DNA of 30,905 bases from Candidatus Hermodarchaeota archaeon (GTDB lineage Archaea > Asgardarchaeota > Lokiarchaeia > Sigyniarchaeales > SOKP01), in NCBI GenBank assembly GCA_048885525.1, contig JBHLLP010000040.1, positions 1 through 30,905 of the forward strand, read 5' to 3'. Made by a program: the position numbers and the translations under genes. The notes under the pieces are model-generated. The model worked only from the letters and a program-made list of their open reading frames with translations. It did no database searches and was not told where the DNA came from. This document shows positions 19,748 through 27,079 of the stretch, one piece after another (position 1 is the first letter of the stretch; the number at the start of each line of letters is the position of its first letter).

Positions 19748-20170
19748 TTATCTAGTTTCTTTATTCAATTCAAAAAAGTTAAGATTAGGTTCAGCAGCAA
19801 CCATACTCATTGATGTTACAAAAATGTTAAAGAATTTGAGCATTAATTTTGGATCCTTTTCCAATCCTATTAGTTCCATTTTATTTTCTTCAATAGCTTT
19901 AGTAGGACTTAATCTACCGTAAGCAATATCGAGCATAACGTTTATTTTAATATTTAACCTTAAATCAAAATCTTCTACTACTTTTCTTTCAAATTTGATA
20001 TTCATTCCATTAAAAATTACAGTTACAGGGTAAAAAGGTTCAATATAAAGCACTATTTTTTTATTCCAGTTCTTTACACTTTTAATAAATTTCTTATCAT
20101 ACTTCCGAAATGTAAATATATTGTGTAAAGATAAAGAGATTAAATCATCAGGGTGTTCTATGTTCAGCAT
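19748..20170 (-). CDS. Divergent SCP2-like domain protein
   Basis: DFDLRLNI..MLDIAYGRLSPTKAIEENKMELIG resembles the SCP2 C-terminal half; tightly coupled to the FAD oxidoreductase. Confidence 0.6.
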   Translation of the reverse strand: MLNIEHPDDLISLSLHNIFTFRKYDKKFIKSVKNWNKKIVLYIEPFYPVTVIFNGMNIKFERKVVEDFDLRLNIKINVMLDIAYGRLSPTKAIEENKMELIGLEKDPKLMLKFFNIFVTSMSMVAAEPNLNFFELNKETR

Positions 20171-20293
20171 AATTTATTCTCAAATTTTTTTAATTATTTA
20201 AACTAATGATATTTTAATTATTAAATTATAAACATTTGAAATAGAGAATTATTTTAAAATTACTTCAAACTAAAAAGAACTAGAAAATTTAAA

Positions 20294-21544
20294 TTAAGGG
20301 AAAATTCCTCTTAGTTCTATTGCTCTAGCGATTCTAGAAACGGCAATAATGTAAGCAGCTGTACGAAGAGAGATTTTTCTTTCTTTTGAAAGTATATATA
20401 CTTCCTCAAAAGCTCTTAAAATTATTTTTTTTAATTCCTTGTTAATCCGATCTAATTCCCAGAAATAAGCACGAATATCTTGGACATATTCGAAATATGA
20501 AACACAAACACCACCACCATTAGCTAGAATATCTGGTATTATATGTACTCCTTTTCCAAATAATATTCTATCTGCTTCAGGAGTGACCGGACCATTCGCA
20601 CCTTCCAAAATAATTTTACATTTGACATTATGTGCATTTTTATTCGTTATCTGATTTTCAAGAGCTGCTGGAATTAAAATATCACATTCTAAAACAAGAA
20701 GTTCTTCATTTGTAATTTGTGTATATCTCTCATCTTTATAATCTTTTAAATAATTACCTTGATGACACCATTCCAATAATTTATCAATAGCCAATCCATC
20801 AGAAAAATAAAGAGCACCTGATATATCTGAAACCGCCATTATTTTGCAACCTTCTTTAAAGAGTAAATCAGAAATTGTACCACCTACATTTCCAAAACCT
20901 TGGACTACTATTTTTTGTGATTTTAAGTCTAGATTTAATTTTTCGCACATAGCTTCTAATACATAAAATAATCCCATTCCAGTAGCGGGTTCTCTCCCTA
21001 CGGATCCTCCAATTTCAATAGGTTTACCAGTAACTACTCCCGGAATTGACCTTCCTTTATTCATTGAATAGGTATCCATAATCCAAGCCATAACTTGAGC
21101 ATTTGTATTAACATCCGGAGCAGGGATGTCAATATCAGGTCCAATTATATTAATTATTTCAGAAGTATACCTCCTCGTAAGTCGTTCTAATTCGCTCTTA
21201 GATAACTTTCTTGGATCTACACATACACCTCCTTTAGCACCTCCTAATGGTAAATTTAAAAGGCTACACTTCCAAGTCATCCAAGTCGCCAATGCTTTAA
21301 CTTCATCTAAATTGACTTCTGGAGAATATCTTATACCTCCTTTCCCCGGACCTCTTACTGTGCTATGATGAACTCTATAACCTTCGAAAATCTGAAGAGA
21401 TCCATCATCCATTTTTATAGGAATAGTAACAATTAATGCCCTTTCAACTCTCTTAAGATATCTTGTTAAATTAGGATCTAATCCCATTACTTCAGCAACA
21501 ATATCAATTTGCTTCTTTGCTACTTCAAATGGAGACAATGCCAT
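20294..21544 (-). CDS. gdhA: Glutamate dehydrogenase (Glu/Leu/Phe/Val family)
   Basis: GPGKGGIRY, GGAKGG, DIPAPDV, VTGKP, QGFGNVG, EGANGP, PDILANGGGV. Confidence 0.93.
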   Translation of the reverse strand: MALSPFEVAKKQIDIVAEVMGLDPNLTRYLKRVERALIVTIPIKMDDGSLQIFEGYRVHHSTVRGPGKGGIRYSPEVNLDEVKALATWMTWKCSLLNLPLGGAKGGVCVDPRKLSKSELERLTRRYTSEIINIIGPDIDIPAPDVNTNAQVMAWIMDTYSMNKGRSIPGVVTGKPIEIGGSVGREPATGMGLFYVLEAMCEKLNLDLKSQKIVVQGFGNVGGTISDLLFKEGCKIMAVSDISGALYFSDGLAIDKLLEWCHQGNYLKDYKDERYTQITNEELLVLECDILIPAALENQITNKNAHNVKCKIILEGANGPVTPEADRILFGKGVHIIPDILANGGGVCVSYFEYVQDIRAYFWELDRINKELKKIILRAFEEVYILSKERKISLRTAAYIIAVSRIARAIELRGIFP

Positions 21545-21646
21545 AATAATTAACCTTTTTAAAAGTGTTATTTCAATTTAAATTTGATTAATATATATAA
21601 TTTGTATTATTATTTTTAATATCTAAAAAATTTTACAAAGGGAGTA

Positions 21647-22684
21647 TTATAGATTAACAAGACTATACTGAACAAATTTTAAAGGAGCGTTAGCACAGCC
21701 TCCCGAATCTAATCCTCCTAATTGATCTAATATCTTTTGAGGGATAAAATTATCTGCTAACCATAAATCTTTTAGATTCATTAGAGATTCTAATCCTTTA
21801 ACCTGAATTATACGATTTTGGTTCAGATCAAGTGTTTCTAATTTAGTTAATGTTTCCAGTCCTTTAATTTCACCAATACTATTCTCTGAAAGAAAGAGGC
21901 TTTGTAATTCATTTAAAGAATATAAACCTCTTATCTGAGTAATATTATTCTGCTTTAAGTTTAGAATCCTTAAAGCTTTACTATTATCAAGACCCCTAAT
22001 TTGTGAAATTTGATTAGTATTGAGCCATAAAGTTTCTAAGTTTTCTAAAGCATCTAAACCACTAATATCTTGAATTAAATTGTTATTTAAATAAAGACTC
22101 TTTAGATTCTTTAGTTTATCTAACCCCTTAATACTTTTAATTTGATTTCCTGCAAGATTCAATACCTCTAGGTTATCTAAATTATCCAAATATTTTATTT
22201 CTTCCAATTTATTTCCTGCAATCCATAAAACTTCAAGATTTTTTAATGCTTCAACCCCTTTGATTTCAGTGATTTCATTCCAAGAGAGATCTAGCCTTAT
22301 TAACGAGGTCAAATTTTCTAAACCCTTTAATTCATTTATTTGATTTCCTCTTAAGTATAACTCTTCTAAATTTGTTAAATTCTCCAATCCTTTTATTTCA
22401 GTTAATTGATTACTTATTAGATGTAAAATCTTGAGATTTTTTAAATTTTCTAACCCTTTTATTTCGAGAATCTTATTGCTTCCCAAATTTAAAACTTCTA
22501 ACTCAGTTAAGCTGTCTAATCCTCTTATTACCCCGATATCGTTTGCATTTAATTCTAGATTCTTTAAACCCTTTACTTTTGATAAACCTTGTATTTCATC
22601 GATATCCTTTATTTCTAGAAGACTTAAATCGAGAAATCCATTTCTTATTTCAAATTTAGTACCTCCTATGTCAACAGATTTCAT
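21647..22684 (-). CDS. Leucine-rich repeat protein (SDS22-like 22-aa repeats)
   Basis: About 13 tandem LxxLxLxxNxIxxIxGL repeats plus a C-terminal cap. Confidence 0.92.
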   Translation of the reverse strand: MKSVDIGGTKFEIRNGFLDLSLLEIKDIDEIQGLSKVKGLKNLELNANDIGVIRGLDSLTELEVLNLGSNKILEIKGLENLKNLKILHLISNQLTEIKGLENLTNLEELYLRGNQINELKGLENLTSLIRLDLSWNEITEIKGVEALKNLEVLWIAGNKLEEIKYLDNLDNLEVLNLAGNQIKSIKGLDKLKNLKSLYLNNNLIQDISGLDALENLETLWLNTNQISQIRGLDNSKALRILNLKQNNITQIRGLYSLNELQSLFLSENSIGEIKGLETLTKLETLDLNQNRIIQVKGLESLMNLKDLWLADNFIPQKILDQLGGLDSGGCANAPLKFVQYSLVNL

Positions 22685-22843
22685 ATATTATCCCTTATTT
22701 CACTTTCTAAATTAATAAAGTTATACTAAATCCGTATGTATAATTATATAAGACTTATTATTTATTTATAATTCTTAAAATCCACTTTTATATCATAACT
22801 CAAATATTTTAAATCTTGTTTCTCATTAACCATTTGATGCAGA

Positions 22844-22954
22844 ATGATTTTCTGTTTGAAATGTGGGAATCAAGCGAGTGGAAATAAAGATGGATATTAT
22901 TTCTGTTCGACTTGTGGAAAGGTAACATATTTTATGCTCTTAAGCTTTAAGTGA
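22844..22954 (+). CDS. Zinc-ribbon microprotein 1, 36 aa (MIFCLKCGNQASGNKDGYYFCSTCGKVTYFMLLSFK)
   Basis: Hand translation; CxxC-x13-CxxC, same spacing as the two downstream paralogs; ends TGA TAA. Confidence 0.65.
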   Translation: MIFCLKCGNQASGNKDGYYFCSTCGKVTYFMLLSFK

Positions 22955-23172
22955 TAACCAATATAAAAAAAATGATGGAACCCATTATGAATGACTCCTT
23001 CAAATAAATGATTGTTGTAGGATGACAACCTGCAATGGTATAGGGAATCATCAATTTATCTTTATTTTATTCATTAATTTTATTAAAAACTTATCTTAGG
23101 TTTTATGTTGTTATTAATTCTTTCTAAATCATAATAAGAATTTGTTAAAATTCAAAATAGGATTAATAAAGT

Positions 23173-23325
23173 ATGAACATTGTAGTCTGCAAAAATTGCG
23201 GTTATTCTTTTGAAAATAAAGGACCAGTTAAATATCATTGTCCTAATTGTTCCAAAGAAATGAAGTTTCTTAAATTAGAAGCATTTTGCGGTGCTAAACC
23301 TAATGAACTCAATGAAATAAATTAA
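23173..23325 (+). CDS. Zinc-ribbon microprotein 2, 50 aa (MNIVVCKNCGYSFENKGPVKYHCPNCSKEMKFLKLEAFCGAKPNELNEIN)
   Basis: Hand translation; CxxCG..FE..CPxC; ungapped paralog of the next ORF. Confidence 0.85.
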   Translation: MNIVVCKNCGYSFENKGPVKYHCPNCSKEMKFLKLEAFCGAKPNELNEIN

Positions 23326-23350
23326 ATACTTATATACTTTTTCTTTATAT

Positions 23351-23503
23351 ATGTTTTACGCGGTTTGCAAGGAATGTGGTTTCCACTTTGAAAATAAAGA
23401 ACCTGGATTTTATTATTGTCCTCAATGCCAAAAGGAAGTTAAATTTTTGAAATTAGAATTGTTTGATGGCGTAAAACCATCTGAAATCCATGAAAAGGAT
23501 TAA
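23351..23503 (+). CDS. Zinc-ribbon microprotein 3, 50 aa (MFYAVCKECGFHFENKEPGFYYCPQCQKEVKFLKLELFDGVKPSEIHEKD)
   Basis: Hand translation; shares VCKxCG, FENK, CPxC, KFLKLE and GxKP with microprotein 2. Confidence 0.85.
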   Translation: MFYAVCKECGFHFENKEPGFYYCPQCQKEVKFLKLELFDGVKPSEIHEKD

Positions 23504-23534
23504 AGTTATAAGGTAAAGTATTATTTTTCTCTTT

Positions 23535-24242
23535 ATGGCTAGAGCACTCTATATGGATAATTCTTACCTTAAAAGCTGGAATGCGAAAGTTGTAAGCGTA
23601 TCAGATGATAAATATGTCGTTCTTGATAAAACTGCTTTCTATCCTAAAGGAGGTGGACAACCTTGGGATGAAGGATTTATTATAAAAGATGAAGATAAAT
23701 TTCGAGTAGTTTACGTTGGTAAATTCTCAGGGAAAATCAGTCATGAAGTAGATAAACCGGGGTTAAAGGAAGGTGATGAAGTAAGTTGTGAACTTGATTG
23801 GGATCGAAGATACACTTTTATGCGGTATCATACGGCTTCTCATCTAATCAGTAATATCCTTTATAACAGAGCTGAGGCTAAAATTACAGGAAATCAAATT
23901 GAGATGGATAAAACGAGAATGGATTTCTCAATGCTGGATTATTCTCCTGAAAAATTAAAGGCTTTTGTTGATGAGGCTAATAATATCATTGAGAAAGACT
24001 TATCTATAACAATTGATTATATAACCAGAGACGAGGTCTTAGGAAAACCTGAATTAGCACGCTTAGCTATAGGATTACCTAAGAACATTAAAGAATTTCG
24101 CATAGTTAAGATAGGAGATATTGACGAACAAGTCGACGGGGGTACTCATATCAATCATCTAAAAGAGATTGGTAAGATTGAAGTGATTAAGACAGTAAAT
24201 AAAGGAAAAAATAACAGAAGAATGTATTTCGTCCTTGTTTAA
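23535..24242 (+). CDS. alaX: Alanyl-tRNA editing protein AlaX (AlaX-M type)
   Basis: TAFYPKGGGQPWD, LDWDRRY..MRYHTASH, DGGTH, NKGKNNRR. Confidence 0.9.
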   Translation: MARALYMDNSYLKSWNAKVVSVSDDKYVVLDKTAFYPKGGGQPWDEGFIIKDEDKFRVVYVGKFSGKISHEVDKPGLKEGDEVSCELDWDRRYTFMRYHTASHLISNILYNRAEAKITGNQIEMDKTRMDFSMLDYSPEKLKAFVDEANNIIEKDLSITIDYITRDEVLGKPELARLAIGLPKNIKEFRIVKIGDIDEQVDGGTHINHLKEIGKIEVIKTVNKGKNNRRMYFVLV

Positions 24243-24307
24243 TATTGCATAAAAATGTCCTATAAAGCTTTACAAAACTATTAAATATTAACTTGATTTA
24301 CATAGTA

Positions 24308-24327
24308 TTTGATCACTTTTGATCAAA
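24308..24327. promoter_or_regulatory. Inverted repeat TTTGATCA-CTTT-TGATCAAA, candidate operator
   Basis: Perfect 8-bp arms, about 20 nt downstream of a BRE/TATA-like AAAACTATTAAATA and upstream of the GTPase gene. Confidence 0.45.
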
Positions 24328-24369
24328 GATTTATTAGAAGACGATCAATGAGAATAAATATTCAATTCT

Positions 24370-24918
24370 ATGACTATCTCGGGAAAAAAATTAAAATATA
24401 AGATTACTGTCATTGGTGATGGAAGAGTCGGGAAAACGTCACTAATTAAAAAGTTCACGTTAGGTGCCTTTAAAACTGATTATGTTGAAACTATAGGCGC
24501 CCAATTTTCTAAATATGATAAGGAAATCGATGGTGACAACATTCGATTAATATTCTGGGATATTGCGGGGCAGAGGGATTTCGATTTTCTACGCCCTTCA
24601 TTTTATCGAGAGAGTGACGCGGCTATTATTGTATACAGCCTTGAAGAGAACGACCTTGGAAGTAGTAGTTTTGAACATATATCGAATTGGAATGAAGACC
24701 TCAAAAGGTTTTGTGGAGATATCCCAATTGTGGTGTTTGCGAATAAATCTGATTTAATTAATGAGGATGAGCTAGAACTATCTGAAATTCAAAAAATTGT
24801 TAGTGAACATAATTTCCTTGGATACTATATTACTTCAGCAAAAACTGGACAAGGAGTTTATAAAGCCTTTAACGACATTATTGAAAAACTATATTATACC
24901 CTTATAAAATCAATTTAG
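24370..24918 (+). CDS. Rab-like small GTPase (Ras superfamily, eukaryotic signature protein)
   Basis: G1 GDGRVGKTS, G2 TIG, G3 WDIAGQ, G4 NKSD, G5 TSAK; no C-terminal prenylation Cys. Confidence 0.92.
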   Translation: MTISGKKLKYKITVIGDGRVGKTSLIKKFTLGAFKTDYVETIGAQFSKYDKEIDGDNIRLIFWDIAGQRDFDFLRPSFYRESDAAIIVYSLEENDLGSSSFEHISNWNEDLKRFCGDIPIVVFANKSDLINEDELELSEIQKIVSEHNFLGYYITSAKTGQGVYKAFNDIIEKLYYTLIKSI

Positions 24919-25126
24919 TCAAAAATTAAACTTTTTTTATAAAAAGAAAGATTTTATGAGAATTACGTTAAGAGAAGTTGTAGATCTATAGACATTTAAT
25001 CCCACAGACATTCGAAACTACCGTGGGACTACGAGGATAAAAACTATTTATGAAATTAAAAGATCATATTCTATAATCATCAAGATGGTGATTTTCACAA
25101 TATATAACAAAAACGAGGTAGTTAAT

Positions 25127-26821
25127 ATGAAAAAATTAAAAACAAAATTGATTATTCTAACTACGGTTGTAATGTGTCTTTTCAGTTTTACTTTATTTTC
25201 GATAATTAATAATAATTTGGATAACAATGATAAATACAACAAAAATCTGAAATCGTCAAAAGTTTCGAATCCAATCTATATAGATGATAATAATCCAAGT
25301 CATAATTGGTCTGTTGCTAAAGCTGCAGGAAAATGTACTGGAGAGGGAACATATTCGAATCCTTATATCATCGAAGATTTAGTAATTGAAGGTGCCGGAA
25401 CGGATTGCATAAGGATTGAAAATTCAACTGTATACTTTAGGATTGAAAATTGTACTGTCCATAGTTCAAATTTGGGAATCCTATTAATAAATGTTAATAA
25501 TTCTCAAATAATTGATAATGATTGTGATTCTTTTTCAAATTATGGAATATTTTTAGATAATAGTCATAATAACAGTATTACAGGTAACACAGTGGATGAT
25601 ACTTGGTTTGGGATACAACTTAGTGATAGTACTATTAACATCGTGTCGGGAAATATTATAGGTACTCAGAGTTGGAACGGAAATGGGATTTGGTTATCTG
25701 AATGCAATGAAAACGTCATTTCGGGAAATTTTATAACTGAGTGTGGTGTGTACGGCGGTACTGCAATAAATTTAGTCCAAAGTAATAACAATACAATTTC
25801 GGGAAATACCTTAAATAACAACCGTCACGATGGGATAAAATTAGCTTTTAGTAATGATAATACAATTTCGGGAAATACCGCGGATGGCAATGATGATACA
25901 GGGATATATTTCGAATATCAAAGCCATAATAATACTATTTTAGATAATACTTGTAATAATAATGATGCAGGGATATTTTTAGATTTAGACTGCTATGAAA
26001 ACACAATTTCAGGAAATACTGTAAATTACAATGATGGTGGGGGTATATACTTATCTAAGAATGGACGCAATAACGTTTCGGGAAATACAGCAAGTTATAA
26101 CACTAATGATGGGATAAATTTAGATAGTAGTAATGATAACACCATTTCAGGAAACACCATAAATAATAACGGTAATGATGGGATACATTTAGAAAGCAGT
26201 GATGACAATATCATTACAGGAAATGGTTTGAATAATAATGATTTAGCTATTTATTTAGAGAATAGTCAACGAATCGAAATGTCTGGAAATACAATAGACC
26301 AATTTGCTTTACATCTTGTTGGGAATCTTCAAATGCTAGCTTCACATGACATTGATACTACGAATCTAGTGGGTGGCAAACCGATATATTACTATGCAAA
26401 TGAAGTAAATTTAGGATCAAGCGATTTTACGAATGCCGGACAAGTTATATTAGTTAATTGTAATGATTCCTCAATATCAAACTTAGATGTTTCTTATTGT
26501 CCCATTGGAATCGCGTTATACTATTGTAATAACAACAATGTTTCTGGAAACACTGCTAATGATAACACTCTGTACGGGATATTATTACATGAAAGTAGTT
26601 ATAACACCATTTCAGGTAATACCTTGCTAAGAAATGGTGAATGCATCGATGAAGTAGGAAATTGCGTAGGAAATGTATTCAGTGATAATGGTGAATGTAC
26701 ATATGGAGTTGTTAGTTCAGATGGTATCCCAGGATTCAGTCTTAATATTCTAATTGGTACTCTATTAGTAGCAGTAATTTTCATAAGCTTCAATATTACG
26801 AAAAAGTGGAAAATCAAGTAG
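25127..26821 (+). CDS. Secreted right-handed beta-helix (NosD/CASH repeat) surface protein with Loki-CTERM-like anchor
   Basis: GAGGT SD before ATG 25127, signal/TM, many GIxLxxSxxNxISGN repeats, IPGF + TM + KKWKIK. Confidence 0.85.
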   Translation: MKKLKTKLIILTTVVMCLFSFTLFSIINNNLDNNDKYNKNLKSSKVSNPIYIDDNNPSHNWSVAKAAGKCTGEGTYSNPYIIEDLVIEGAGTDCIRIENSTVYFRIENCTVHSSNLGILLINVNNSQIIDNDCDSFSNYGIFLDNSHNNSITGNTVDDTWFGIQLSDSTINIVSGNIIGTQSWNGNGIWLSECNENVISGNFITECGVYGGTAINLVQSNNNTISGNTLNNNRHDGIKLAFSNDNTISGNTADGNDDTGIYFEYQSHNNTILDNTCNNNDAGIFLDLDCYENTISGNTVNYNDGGGIYLSKNGRNNVSGNTASYNTNDGINLDSSNDNTISGNTINNNGNDGIHLESSDDNIITGNGLNNNDLAIYLENSQRIEMSGNTIDQFALHLVGNLQMLASHDIDTTNLVGGKPIYYYANEVNLGSSDFTNAGQVILVNCNDSSISNLDVSYCPIGIALYYCNNNNVSGNTANDNTLYGILLHESSYNTISGNTLLRNGECIDEVGNCVGNVFSDNGECTYGVVSSDGIPGFSLNILIGTLLVAVIFISFNITKKWKIK

Positions 26822-26858
26822 AGGAATTAAGAATTCCTCTTTTCAAAAATTTTTTTTC
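26821..26858 (+). terminator. Hairpin plus T-tract terminator
   Basis: GAGGAATT-AAG-AATTCCTC stem followed by TTTT and a longer T-run. Confidence 0.55.
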
Positions 26859-27079
26859 TTTGTTTAAGCTATTTGAACTCTTTCCTTTTTCATGACTCTA
26901 ACTCATTACCATGTCAAGGTAATTAGATTAACAAAAAAGAGCATTCTATAATATTTGCATATATAGCCTTTCTCGTAAGATTTAATAATAGCCATGAACC
27001 AATATTAATACATACAAAATCGTTAAAACCAATTTTTTTTTGAAAATTCAAATAAAAATTCACCTTAAGGAGAGTTATA

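Noticed and set aside
22971-23001. Resemblance to a fluoride riboswitch (GATGG...AATGACTCCT)
   Set aside because: Pseudoknot pairing has mismatches, the linker/P2 is missing, and no fluoride-related gene follows
22947-23051. 34-aa minus-strand ORF (MIPYTIAGCHPTTIIYLKESFIMGSIIFFILVIT)
   Set aside because: No SD, paralog or motif support; kept only as an alternative explanation for the SECIS-like stretch
25000-25028. TCCCAC...GTGGGA inverted repeat upstream of the NosD-like gene
   Set aside because: Only 6-bp arms; no tRNA or known ncRNA structure
25640-26230. Recurring ATTTC(G/A)GGAAA DNA repeats at about 66-75 nt spacing, superficially CRISPR-like
   Set aside because: They encode the ISGN motif of the beta-helix repeats inside an intact ORF; no cas genes
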